NCBI GenBank assembly: GCA_973895155.1
Contig: OZ316891.1
Location: 13,981,037-14,045,036 of the forward strand
DNA from: Marsupella aquatica
Taxonomy: Eukaryota > Plantae > Marchantiophyta
DNA: 64,000 bases
Direction of reading: 5' to 3'
Shown: positions 1 through 12,275 of the stretch, in pieces
How the letters are laid out: every line of letters begins with the position of its first letter
Position numbering within the stretch: position 1 is the stretch's first letter
Notes under the pieces: generated by a model
The model's database searches: none
What the model saw: the letters and a program-made list of their open reading frames with translations, nothing else
Told to the model about the DNA's origin: nothing
Program-made: the position numbers and the translations under genes

Positions 1-1019
1 GGACTCGATTGACTTCTGGTTTATTATTTTGGTTGTAGTTGCCCTTCCAGTCTGTTTGGTACTCCCATTCCAAGAGAGACACCCGCCGTTTCAAATGTTT
101 GCAATTGAGCTTTTTCTCCTTCTAATTCATCTCTGGTAAAATCAACTCTTTGAGATTTTGATCAAGAGAAAAGCTTAAACATACTCATAAAGTACAGAGA
201 TGGAAATTGATTCGAGCTCCAGACCAAACTAAAGTGAGAATGCACGGCTCAACATCAAGCTCGATTATTGAATCTCAGCTGGAAATTCCCATGTCCTGGT
301 TTACCCTGTGTAATTTGTTCATTTCTTGTTATTCTCTGTGCTTCCCGTTTCGATCCAATTTTCTGCTCACGTCTGTCTTGGAAGACAGTTTGCAATAGAT
401 TAAGGATGACTGAAATGATTTGCGTCGAAAATGGCACAGAGGCTACAGTTACGTGTGACAAACTTATCTATCTCGGTCATCTATTTAAGAATCGAGACAC
501 CGAGTTCCTTGCCTAAATTGAATACTCACCACGAATGGGGCTCAGACAGATAAATCAAAGTGAACAAAATCACAGAGATGTTCCAACATAATTCCAACCA
601 CACATAGGACTATGTGTGACAATTCTATTGTGCAGAGCACAGTGGTGGAAACAATCACAATGCTGGTGGAGTTAAAGGGCACAAGTGCAAGCTGGAAGAT
701 AGACATGCCGTGTGACCAGAAACGTAGTTGGGCGGAAAGCGTGGAGAAGTTGTGTGTTCTTGGGAACTTGAGGACTCACACGAGGATCCCCATCGTTGGA
801 AAATCTCACCTGAGCTATAGGACACGTTTGCTGGTGGTTTTTGTGACTATTCAAGACTCACGTGGTAAACTGCACTTGATGAAAAGGTGTGGTTCTACTT
901 GATGAAAAATATATATCACTGTGCAAGATATAACTTCTTACGGAGGAAATTGAATCTCACATGCATTGCTGTGGAAAAGTTTTTCACGAAGTACTGTCTC
1001 ATGAACAGTTGCTACACAT

Positions 1020-1230
1020 TTTGATTCATACAAAGTTTTATATATATCAGTGCCAAAAAGTGCCAAAACGGGAGACAGTATCTCAAAGCAAGAGACCCAC
1101 TAAAGTGGAGAAGCCAAGGGGAAAGACCCAGGACGACCAAAGAGCCAAAGCCCAAGAGCACCCAGTGATGGCAAAAGAACCACAAGCCAACTGTTAGCGC
1201 CAAACTGAAAAGCCTAGTACAACTCTTAAA
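1020..1230 (-). repeat. Interspersed repeat related (inverted) to 37295-37570 and weakly to 13260-13400
   Basis: Shared gggaaa..c.cagga..accaaagagccaaa.gcc...atggcaa.ag.....aaactgaaa. Confidence 0.5.
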
Positions 1231-1301
1231 TTTCAAATTGTCGCAAGTAGTCAGTTTTGAACTCACTTGGGTCGCAGCAGAGGCAACTTGTGAAAGCATA
1301 A

Positions 1302-1489
1302 TGTGTTGTCTCTTGCTCACAGTGATATATGTATATTTTTAACTTGGACAAAATGCAATCTGAAGAGTTAGGTTGTCGCTTGGACGGTGATATAAATTTT
1401 AACTTGGACAAAATGCAATCTGAAGAGTTATGTTGTCTCTTGCAAGGTGATATATTTGCTGAACTTGAACAAATGCAATCTGAAGAGTG
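1302..1489. repeat. Tandem repeat, about 60-68 bp x3
   Basis: Recurring aacttggacaaaatgcaatctgaagagt unit. Confidence 0.85.
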
Positions 1490-2909
1490 ATTTAGTAAGT
1501 GGTAAAGAGTGATTTTGAAATAGTGAATAATGTAAAGTGTGATTTTAGTTCAGAGTGATAAAAGAGTGTTTTTTAATTTAAAAGTACCTCAAAACAACTG
1601 TGGAACAGGAAAACTTGATTGTATTGCTCAAACATCCCACACATTGAGGGGGAAAATATAGACACAAATAGTTGGTAATCTTGAGATGAGATCAAAAAGG
1701 TGATTTTGAACTCAAAGGTGACTAAAAATGCTCATGGAAACAGAGAAACTTAATTGTAAATTTTTAAACACCCCACAAATGGAGAGGGATAAATATAGCA
1801 CACATATTACTACAAAATCCTTGGGTTGTGCAGGAACAAGATGTGTGGCATGATTGGGGAATTACAAGGCCACAATTCGATGAGATGGAAAAAGCACACT
1901 TAAGACTAAATGGAGCACGTTCTAATCTTTTTAGTGGGGGCACAGAACACATTTATGTACAGCATCGTTGGGTGGACTACTGTAGCATTACATCTCATTG
2001 TATTTATGCTTGGAACCAAGTGGAAATTACCTTCAGATTATGAAATATTGTAGGGTATTCCACAGGGGGAATTATAAAGGAGAATCAACAGATCTGTGGC
2101 ATCCAGCCCTGGAACCTAGATCCCATACCTTGAGACAAGACCAAACCAAAGTAGCAAAGCAGCCAAATAGGGAATGTGGGAGATAGTGAAGACTTGCCCC
2201 ACCAGCCATCTCTTTGTGGGAAAAAATAAGGGTGGATGATATCAGACTGAAATATAAAAATATCTGTGCCATTTGCCACCAAGAAATCCACTATGGAGGA
2301 GCATTCCCTAAGGTAGTGTACAATTGACTATAGGTACTTCATAACCAGACTTCATGCCTGTCCATGCCATAAAGTTTCCACCCTGCTTCTAGAGCTACTG
2401 GCCACCTTGGTGACTTGAAAGAAACAAGGAAAAAAATGGGTGCTCCCCACTACACCACCCACGTAAAGGTGGTGCGGCATACAGGTTACCGCTGTGCAAC
2501 CAGTTCTGGAGTCCTTGCTATGTCCATGATTTATTGTTCGGGAAGTCATGATAGAGGTAACTTCCTCCATTGCATTTACATAATCTGAAGACTGTCCTGG
2601 CTGGGGTTCTAGTTTGAACCCTGTGACCAGAATTCTAAAAAAAGCTTGTTGGCTACAGCAGGTCAACTTTTCTTATTTTCTGGTCACAAGGTTAGAGGCT
2701 AGTAACAGTTGCCCAGACCATCATTATCCTGTACATAAACCCTTCACAGTTAAGGGCAGTTAAGGGGGATGGAACGTGAGACCTCTGAGTTCCATGCTCA
2801 CCCCCTTGGCCAACTGAACCAAGCAAGCTGGTTCTCTAGTTGGAGCATTGGTGCAGGAGCGTCACCCTTCCTTATAAGCTCACTTGTTCTCTCCCTCAGT
2901 ATCTGGGAG

Positions 2910-3262
2910 CGCTTGAAGTGTTTTGTTCAAGCTCCGCACATAAATCTAAGCTGTATGTATTAGCACTCTGTCTCGTTCAAGTCGTTCCCAACCAGGTCGA
3001 AGCATTTGCTGAAGCTCCCGAAAAGAAATATTAGCTTAGCTCGATCTACTCACCCTCTGTCTCGATTTCGTTCGCTACAACGTGCCTAAGCTCCATTAAC
3101 TATCACTCTGTCTAGCGCAAGTCGTCCGCAACCAGGTAGAAGCATTTTCTCAAGGTCCTGCAAAGAATCTGATCTCGATCTACTCACACTCTGTCTCGGT
3201 TTCGTTCGCTACTGCATCAGGTTCAAGCATTTTGTCGAAACTCAGCACAGAAATCTTAGCTT
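2910..3262. repeat. Degenerate tandem duplication (about 140 bp period) upstream of PRD1
   Basis: Repeated cactctgtct...caaccaggt.gaagcattt and ctcgatctactcac.ctctgtctcg.tttcgttcgctac. Confidence 0.75.
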
Positions 3263-3605
3263 TGCAAACGCTCTCTGTGCAGGGGCCTTCCGAGCTTTCC
3301 GTGATCCTTGAATTCAGTGGTCTTTGAATTTGACGAACTAAAATTTCTGCGGAGATGGCTAAAGCAGTTCATTTGAATGTCTCTGCGGCAATCGGAACTC
3401 CCGGTTATCATGGTCTATCAAGCAACTGACAAAAATTAGGAATCCGAGCCCGGTTTCTTCCCGTGTCCCGTGCGATTTCGCCCTGCGGACGGACAGATGA
3501 ACGGACGACACTTCGGGAGAGCTATCACTTGACTTAAAGAGAATTCTCGGAGTGGAATCCAGGTTCAGTCCGAATATATCCGTGCCGTGATCACTGACAG
3601 GAAAT

Positions 3606-4052
3606 ATGGAGCCATGGTCGAGTCACAAAAGATGTGGAGAAATCAAATCGGAGGAGGGTGAATGTTGCGGTAACGGGCATAGACCATCGCTTTCGTTATG
3701 GACAGGATCGGGTGGTCGAATTTGTCTGCTTTGCGTCTCTAATTTGATATCGGAAAAACATGCGTTTCTCATTCACCGCACGTACGCAGTGGAAGAGCTG
3801 TCGAAGGCTTTGACCGATGTTCTCTTTTCTAGTGCATTGTTCAATCGTTATCCCAAATTTTTCGTGTCTAGCTTATCGGACGCCATTGGCTCGAGCATGG
3901 ATGAAAAGTTCTGCGAAAGTATTACAGCCGTTATCCTCAGCTTGTGTAGACTATCGAGAGATTACGATGACTCCCTGGTTGAAGATTTTATACGACAAAT
4001 TGTAAGGCAGCTCGGGTGTCCATCTCTCTGGAGTCCAAGCAAATGCTTCACG
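3606..4052 (+). CDS. PRD1: PRD1 exon 1
   Basis: ATG at 3606; donor GTAAGG at 4053; CxNGHR...CLLC motif. Confidence 0.9.
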
Positions 4053-7000
4053 GTAAGGATCATCACAATCATTTGACAGCATTGACAGCATTAACAGCAT
4101 TAACGATAAAAGGAGTGATCGTATACTTATTCTCATTGATTATTAACAGTCAATTAGTAGTATGTAGTATCGCATGACATCTTACAGATTTCAGCATGCA
4201 AGACTAGTCTCCTGGTATGTAATATCGAACATCTTACGAAATGCTATATGCATATTCAGTCTACTGCGATTACACTTGATGACCACGAAGTAAATTTTCT
4301 GCTAGTACATGTGCACTTGCTCAAAATCCTTGCACCTTCAAACTGTATGATTGTCAAATGAATGTGACAGCTACGTTTGATTGGACTCCTGTTGGAGCTT
4401 CACTGCCTGCAAGAACTTTGCGTACCTCTAGCCATCAGGAACCAAAAAGACTTCGTTCCCAACCTCATAGTTCGACTTCAACTCCCAGGGTACGCATCGC
4501 CATCTGCACCTACTATCGAAGCATTTGCAACTTTAGATGACATTCTAACTTTGCAGGTACTATTTCTTAACTACTTCAGACGGGCATCTTAATTGTTGCG
4601 AAGCTTAAAGTTTCCGCAGAACGAGCTCCCGACAAGGTGACTGACAGTTAGCGTGGCTTGTAAACGTCTGGCATAGTCGAGCCTCAGTCGAGTCGGTCTA
4701 TAGCACCTTTTATTGTCGTCCACTTGAGCAGAACGTATTAATCCGATTACTTGCCGCATTATGTCTAAGTTGACCATCAAGTTTTTATATCACAGTAACC
4801 TTAGCTACCAACCGCTAAAGTGGAATACATTTGAATACAGTGAAGAATTAGAAGAAGACATTTTCTATGTTCTCTTCAAAATATCGTCCCTCAACGACGG
4901 AGTTGAGCAATTTCTCCATTATCACCTTCGCCTGTGTCAGGCAGCAATTCACACTCTCCTGAAGACGGAAAGTGACTCGCTAAGGATCAACTGCATTGGT
5001 ACGACCACGGGCAATCGGTTCTCGCCATTCATCTTCGTGCATGGAAATCATCGGGCGATGTCCGGCTCCCGGCTCGTCTTTCGTTTGTAAGGCATGCTGC
5101 GGAATCGAGCAGTTGTTTGATATTCTAACTTTTAAATTGAACTTTGTTAGTGCTGAGTGATGGTGATGTGTTTGCAGCTCTACTGAGTGTAATGGCTAGT
5201 CGCTTAATCTTCAGTTTTGCGCGAGGCAGCGCTCCTGATCGGGAGAGAAACGTGCCTTCGAGCAGAGAAACTGTGGTCCAGACGGACTCGGCTTTTGTGC
5301 ACACTTTTGCTGAGGCCATGAAAGCGTCTTTATTGTCCACTGATCTCGAAGTTCAGGCATCCGCCCTTCAATTAATTCACTCAGTGTTTCCCGAAGGAGT
5401 CTATCTCGATGCTGAGTTACAAATCTTCGTTGAGGAAGGGATTGTGGACTATGTTTTTGAGATCATAAGATTTTCAGGTTCGTATTTCGGTAGGCATGTA
5501 ATATTAATGGCAGCGTTCTTCATACTTTCTAAACGAAATTTCTACTTTCTCCACCCGTCTTTCACAGCTGCAAATTCAATTTGTGTTGTGCCCTTCGTAT
5601 TCTCTTAGCATTCCGCCATCATATTCACGGCTATTCACGGAAAATCCTATGTAGGCTACACAGTTCCTGGTCCATAGAACTCACATATTTGTTTTCAGGT
5701 TTGTAGCTTTAAATATGGAATTGCAGCTGCACTTAAGGTTTTGTCCGTGTGAATAAGGTGAGCTGCGATAGGTCTTGAGATTCCTTGCAGACCAATCATC
5801 TATTGAATGGTTCTTTTGCAGGGGAGCAGGATAACATTCAAGAGCTGGCGGTGGATGTTCTGATTGTCTTGTCAGCAGAAAAACGAATATTTCCTCATCG
5901 ATTCAAAGTCGGACTTGATACCATGATCCGAGTTTTAGCAGAGTCCATAAATGCTAATTCTGTAAAGTTGCAAACAAGAATTCTCCATCTGCTATCCAGG
6001 ATCCTTTCAGATATAACTGAAACACTATCAACAGCCCGTGCCCAGGACCTCCTGTTGCTCTTCGCGAAAATTCTTCAGAATCACGTTAACGCAGTAGAGG
6101 ATCATGCTTTACTTAGTGACAGCAACATTCTCGCTCACACATTTAACTTTGCGTGCTTAGCGCTCATTTCTCTTACGCAAGCACCAGGCTGCGCTGGGAT
6201 TTTCAATGTTAATCGAATACTTGAAACAGCTACAGTAAGTGCGATAATAACTGCCTCATCTGCAGCGAAGGTCAATCCGGATCCAAGCAGTTTGAAATAT
6301 TCAGCCTGTCTACTGCAGGAAGTTTATAAGTTCAATAACAAGCAAATCTCGGAAGAAGACGCAGCAAATACAACGGAAGCACTAATACAACTTTGTGAAT
6401 TCCACCTCCTTCCTGCTTTTATCGATAATCTGGAGAAGCTTGATGATGAAACGCTCGTACTCACCTTCCTAGAAGCGTTCACTCTCATCCTGAAGACCGA
6501 GTTGCTGGAGAGCACACATCGTTTTGCTTTGAAACTGACTTCGAATCGTTGCTTCACCTTCACTTTCGAACTACTAGGCCGTTTTCCATCTCGACAATTC
6601 AAAGAAAGTGCATACAAATTTTTCAGCGCACTTGTTCATAAGCTAGCAGGTTGCAGCATTGACGCCTACATTCAAGAGTCTCTACATTATCTCGCCAGTG
6701 AGCCCTCTGATCTCCTAATACAAGTAGAACAGAGGATGGCAGGAAACCAACAACTGCTATCAGCTCATCACGCCAGCATAGCTATTCTCTCAACCAGCTA
6801 CTCCTTTAATGACAGGTGATTAGACCAGGGAACTTTCACGCGTAAATCGCCGTTGCATCTGTCACATTCGTCAATTGAAAAGTGGATAGGTATCTGAATC
6901 TAGGTGACTACTTGTCTGCGACATACATCTTACCGGTCAGGTACTATTTCACGATTTGAGTCCTGTGGGGAGAGAACTGCGATCTATTTATGATAAGCAG

Positions 7001-9569
7001 TTTTATTATACGAGCCCGTCATCAGATTGAATCACTTGACGTAAATTCCATTTCGATCCTCTTTGGTCGTGACATGGTTTGGTTTTCTTTACAGGCTTGC
7101 TAAGGAGACCGACATCGTGGCTTCTCTGGAGCAACATCTTCTGATCAATTGTGGGTCTGCGCTTGCTCTAGAAGCCACCTTGAGGCAGTTTATCTCATTG
7201 TATGCCGGTGCCAAAGATGCCATCAAGGATTTGGATACAGCTTGGAGTGCAGAGGCTGAAAACATCCTAGAGGTGGTGGTAGGGCGCTCAAACTGCCGTG
7301 ATCTATTATGTAGTGAGACACCAAAGCCCGTCCTGAAATGGTTCCTACGAAAAGAATCATTGAAGGGCTTGATCATGGTGCAACTCTTGACTTGGTTCAC
7401 TGCTGTCCAGAATAAATGCTTTGGAGATGGACCGCACGAGACGAATTCGTCAGCATCATCAATGGTTTGCAAAGAGGAAACTGGGTCCGAGTTTCTGGAA
7501 AAGTTGGCTGAGCTGATTGGGAATGAAGATTGTGGTACAACTGTGCTAGTATCTCTGTTTGATACTCTAGTCGTGCAGGGAAAATATGATGACATTAAAA
7601 TCTTTGCCCAAACTTTCACACAACTTGCACGTATGAGCGTGCCTGTGGGACATAAGCTCATTCAGCATGGACTCGTAAGCACCTTGCAGCAAATGATATG
7701 TACTTATCCTTCCAAGACGACAGACTGTTGTCTCACATCTTGCTTGGAGCTTCTTTTTCAGCTGCTGTATGACTCAGACTCTTCCTATGAGATGATGTCT
7801 AGTAGATCGTGGCGTGACATTGCTAATCAGGTGAGTGAAGTGACGATCGTTTTTCATCAATCTGCGTCTTATTCTTTCTCCTCAGCTCCTCCTTTTACAA
7901 CAGATTTCAATCAAATCTGAGGCCGGAGTCACACAGAAATTGGAAGTCCGGTACACTGCCGTGCTTACTCATTTCCCTTCAGAATTTCCTCCACATGTTG
8001 TCAAACAGATCTGCAAGCCAAACTGACTCAGCGCCAGTGATATTTTGCAGTGTGCAACTCTTGTTCTGCGAAGGAAGAGTTCTGGCATCACTTTTGAAGT
8101 TGTGGCTCCTCTCAGTCTTATCAACTTAATCTTACAAAAGTCATATGAGAACGACTTCTTCACACAAGCGTGTGAAAAACTAGTTTGCAACAGCGATTTG
8201 TGTACAAAACTGGAGGCACCAATTCTAGAGGCATCGTCACAAGGTGCGAAACTGTCTCAGATGGACTCAAAATCAGTCGAAGAAGAGCTACTGTGCGCCG
8301 CCATTATCTTCTGTCTATTGAGGTTGAGATGGTAAGACTTGCATGTATTCAATGTTTTTACAAAGCATTCATCGGACTTCTAAACAGATATAGGTGCATC
8401 CGTTCGTGGCGAAATTCAAACGTTGATTAATGTATTTCCTTTTGTAGTGCACTCCGGTTCGAGAACCAAATGGATAACCTGGCTGAAGAGAAACAGTGCT
8501 TTGGCTTGAACTCAATAGTCAATGGAGATAGTCATCCCAACGGGTGGAGCTTATCCAGAACCTCGCTAACTTGCGAGCACTGGTGCAGAGTGTTGTACTT
8601 CGGTCCTCCTTCCCTGAAGACCCTGGCATGCTGTTGCATAGCAGAGATGATTTCACAGCTTCCGGATAGTTCGAAGTCAACAATAAATAATTTCGTTGTA
8701 TTTAAAGAGTGTGACATGCCACCTAGTTTCTTAATGGCAGTAACAATGGTTCTTCAGGGTTCTATCTTGGGGGACTGTGAACGGCTGCAGAAGGTGGCAA
8801 GCTGCTGCTTATCTCGACTCCTACGCAGCCATTCTCTCAGTTTACAACAAAAACACTCGATTGCAAGCAGTCCATGGAATCAGTTGTTGCTTGAGAATCT
8901 AGTCTTGTCGCTCTCATCCTCGAAGTTGAAGCAGAACTCAGGAGCAATCAGATCTCGCGCAAGTTTCTCCGCGGCATACGTTGCCGTGGGGTTGTTAAAG
9001 ATGCCTCAGCCTCAATCCTACCTATCTTCTCTCTTTTCAGAAGAGTCGATCACCCGTATCATTTCTAACCTGTGTGAAGCTGACATCTCCGCGATGATTG
9101 TTTCATTTTTCCATGAACTTCTGCTCTCGCGATATCTTACAAATGACCATGTACGAATTTTGCGGGATTTGTTTCAAGTAAGACACAACTTCCAGACTTC
9201 TTAACATTGAACGGCAGATTAGATTCTCATTATATCAGGTATGTACACACGCACTGTCTCTGATGTTCATTGTTCAATCATATATTGCAGGCAACCAGGA
9301 AGAAAACTTATGACACAGAAAGATCCTTGCATCCGGGAAACAGACAGAGCAAGTCCAGATTTGTTCGCAGTAAGATTTTAAACGTAGTTCATACTACTAA
9401 CCACATCATTCACTCTGCCATTATGGAACTGGCAATAACCTGCAGAGATGAAGCTCTCGAAACTCTCATTAATGATGGTGGTGATGCGAAAGCATTGCAC
9501 GTAGAATCGGGTGCTTTCACGTCTTTGCTCGACACATTCATGCAGGACAGTTACAATTATCCAGATTAG
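3606..9569 (+). CDS. PRD1: PUTATIVE RECOMBINATION INITIATION DEFECT 1 (PRD1/MEI1-like meiotic DSB factor), 9 exons: join(3606..4052,4371..4489,4841..4998,5178..5477,5822..6815,7095..7830,8051..8331,8448..9177,9291..9569), about 1347 aa
   Basis: All 8 introns are GT-AG with consistent phases, giving one open frame of 4044 nt. Peptides align co-linearly with Arabidopsis PRD1 as I recall it: CGNGHRPSLSL..GGRICLLCVSNLIS, LQLPGEE, LLKTESDSLRINCIALL, FAEAMKASLLSTDLEVQ, EEGIVDYVFEIIR, SYSFNDRLAKETDIVASLEQH, CRVLYFGPPSLKTLA. Confidence 0.93.
4371..4489 (+). CDS. PRD1: PRD1 exon 2
   Basis: gtgacag|CTA...CCAGG|gtac; encodes LRLIGLLL...LQLP. Confidence 0.85.
4841..4998 (+). CDS. PRD1: PRD1 exon 3
   Basis: atacag|T GAA GAA...ATT G|gtac; encodes EELEEDIFYVLFKIS...LRINCI. 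Confidence 0.88.
5178..5477 (+). CDS. PRD1: PRD1 exon 4
   Basis: tttgcag|CT...TCA G|gttc; encodes FAEAMKASLLSTD. Confidence 0.88.
5822..6815 (+). CDS. PRD1: PRD1 exon 5
   Basis: ttttgcag|GG...GAC AG|gtga; lies within ORF 5785-6819. Confidence 0.9.
7095..7830 (+). CDS. PRD1: PRD1 exon 6
   Basis: ctttacag|G CTT GCT...CAG|gtgagt. Confidence 0.9.
8051..8331 (+). CDS. PRD1: PRD1 exon 7
   Basis: ttttgcag|TGT...AGA TG|gtaag; the upstream AG at 7981-82 leads to a stop. Confidence 0.82.
8448..9177 (+). CDS. PRD1: PRD1 exon 8
   Basis: tttgtag|T GCA...CAA|gtaag. Confidence 0.88.
9291..9569 (+). CDS. PRD1: PRD1 exon 9 (terminal)
   Basis: attgcag|GCA ACC AGG AAG...TAG. Confidence 0.85.
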   Translation, partial: ATRKKTYDTERSLHPGNRQSKSRFVRSKILNVVHTTNHIIHSAIMELAITCRDEALETLINDGGDAKALHVESGAFTSLLDTFMQDSYNYPD

Positions 9570-11747
9570 ATAAGTTCAAGAATTAGGATCGAAATTTAGC
9601 AATTATTTAAGCCGTCAAGCTGTATCTCACACTAGCTGTCGAGGAAACAAGATGACCTGGGGGACTGGATGGAGAAAATGGGTGCGAGAACCTCAGCTCA
9701 GTCACTGCTGAAGAATTCTCTAGTTGTTTCCTCTACTCTTCTTATTCCTTCACTGATCGGTTTCGTCTTCTTTAATTGCCTTCCAAAACATCAATCCCCG
9801 ATCAGAAGCACCCATCAGAAACGAAAAGTGCAGCAAATGGAAGAATTGTCTATAGACTTCTTCTAGTTCTGAAAAAAGCGAGCCCTCGTAGGAGTATGAT
9901 CCTTTTCTTATCTTAGCACTAGTTCTGTTTTCTCTTTCTTTCATGCTTGGGTATTGCAAACCCAATCATCTTGTCTACGTTGTACTGATAAAAATATAAA
10001 CTCTCTGATGTTTGCGGTAGCCAGCAGATTGGGATCAAAGTTTTTTCCTAACGACATTCATTCGAGATTTCTCTAGACGATTCGTTCTAGGTCCAGCGAG
10101 AGACTCCTACGAATTTTGAAATTACCAGAAAAATGTATGTCACCTGGTTCATCTGCCAGCATCGGATATAAGTCAATCAAGGGCTTTGATATCCTGTGAT
10201 CACCTGTGTATGCCTGCAAGTATAAAGATGTGCATTCTTACCCGTTAGATTCCAATATATCGTGTGTAAAAGAAAACATTTCACTGGACGCAAGGTGTAA
10301 CATCAGGCAGTAAAGATCACGAGCATTTGAAAAAAATTGAGAAGAGTGTCACCAAGTCAAATTGTTTCTATACACTAGTAAATCAGGTATCATACAGGTG
10401 CACATTCAAGCCAATTAAAAAGGTATTTTGTTAAGGTTGTCGGCAAAGTCTTGGCCCAAACACTTGAAAAGCCTAAAAGCTTGTGTATGTAAACCATTTT
10501 CCATATGAAACGCTGGTTCTTATGAAGCTTCCTACAGCGAGGATGAACAGGTTGTAGAACTCGGAAGGTTGTGGAACTCGGATGCCCGCTCAGATGCATT
10601 CATTTATTCATTTTTGTCTAGAAAATCGATGGCTGATCTTGACTTGACAACTATCAAACCAACATATGTATCCAAAGGCAAAGTGGCCAAAAAACTCATG
10701 GTCTCCTTTTGTAGCAACTGTAGGAACTAAATAGTAGCTAAACAATTGTGGGGATTCGTTTGTAACCCAATAACAATGGAGAGGAGCAGGTGCCCGGCAG
10801 AGAGATCACAAAAGACAATTTAGGCTGCTCCACAAGTTTTGCTCCACAATCTTCTGATGAAGTTAAAATAAAAGAAATATTTTCCAAAATGACGTAGCTT
10901 AGGCATTGGTTTGGAGAATAAAAGGGGAATTGAACACCTTGCTACATGGTCCTGTTGCATGATTGCGGCTATGCTCAAAGGTATATGATAAATTTGATCC
11001 TCAAATGCAAGTCTGAACTCCATCACAAAGTATAAAACGGGGAACTGCAATTGATTGAATGAATATTGAATGAGATATAGCAGATTGATCAATTTGACTG
11101 ACTAAAATGTAACCTTGCAAATGTCTATTTGTGCTGTGCTAGATGAATGTCTTTCAGTTCAATAAAATTGAGTAAGACACAATATTAATGAAACCAATTG
11201 ATTGTGAAGTTTTCAGAATTGCAAAGAACTGGTTTGCACACACGAACTACAAGTTCCAAAATCTTATAACCATCCTCCACATAAAACTGGCCAGGCATGC
11301 CTAAAACGTTGCTGGACTCTATTTGACAGAACAATTGCATGGTCAAACACGGTCACTGATGTCTCAAAGGGAGGACTGCAACCAATTGAATGAGACAAAC
11401 AAAGAAAAATGAATGATATAAAATCTTGCAGAAGACTCTCCTTGTGGTGCAAGATGAACCGAGTTCAAAGTCAGTTGCTTTGGACTGTTTGGTTCCCTTC
11501 GAGACAGAGTTGTACTGGTTGGCTATTTGGGGAACCTACAAAAAAGCATAAATTACATTTTGTAATATTCTAAGCATTTTGATGTAAAACACTGATGCAT
11601 CAATCACAAGATCAATCACAAGACATCCAATCAGTTAATGTTTTTCTTAATGCTTGATATTTTCCTTGGAATTAATGCTTGATATTTTGGACGCACTTTT
11701 TAATTTTTATGGTTCCCAAGTTTAGCTCTTGTTGTTGGCCTCGCGTC

Positions 11748-12089
11748 TGTTAGGTATTTACTCAAGGTCTAGGGTTACGGCATGTAACCATAGTTAGACT
11801 AACCATAGTCGGAGACTGGTTAGGTTAACTAGGATGCACACCATATGCCAAGCGGTGTTTGCTTGGATAAGTGGAACTTAGGCTCATTGTTATGAAGCCA
11901 CTTGAGAAATGAGGAGAGCTTACACTGTGGAGACTTGGTATGGCCGACGGGCTTAGAGTTCAGTAAAGCTCTCTTGTGTGTTCCCGTGGACGTAGCCTCG
12001 AGGAGGTGAATCACGTATCTCTTGTGTCGACTACTTGCACGTTGGATGTGTCATGTACTTACCGTTGCGATTATCGTCTATGCTCAACA
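11748..12089 (+). mobile_element. Solo LTR (Ty1/copia-like), 342 bp, with 5-bp TSD GCGTC
   Basis: Termini TGTTAG...CTCAACA; GCGTC at 11743-11747 and 12090-12094; a second copy at 36940-37292 shares cccgtggacgtagcctc..gaggtgaa. Confidence 0.88.
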
Positions 12090-12094
12090 GCGTC

Positions 12095-12275
12095 AAGCAT
12101 GAACAGTCCTGTTTGTTTGTTTGTTGTGGCAAACATATAAATTCCTGTTTATGTTTGAAAGCACTCATGTGATCAAACAGTGCTAAGGAACTTGAAACGC
12201 ACTTCCTGTAAGGGTCAGTAAAAAGTGCTTCTCCTTTCCCTGAAAGGTTGTTGGATATAAGCTCTCTATCCAACA
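12095..12275 (-). pseudogene. Ulp1/C48 peptidase-like relic (TE accessory gene)
   Basis: LYPTTFQGKEKHFLLTL, then after a frameshift LALFDHM..LPQQTNKQDC; order resembles the H..D..Q..C residues of C48 proteases. Confidence 0.38.

Noticed and set aside
6324-7661. Antisense ORFs (97 aa and 190 aa) overlapping PRD1
   Set aside because: Shadow ORFs of long coding exons with no recognisable motifs.
7983-8050. Alternative PRD1 exon 7 acceptor at 7981-7982
   Set aside because: It reads out of frame into a stop; the 8049-8050 acceptor restores homology.
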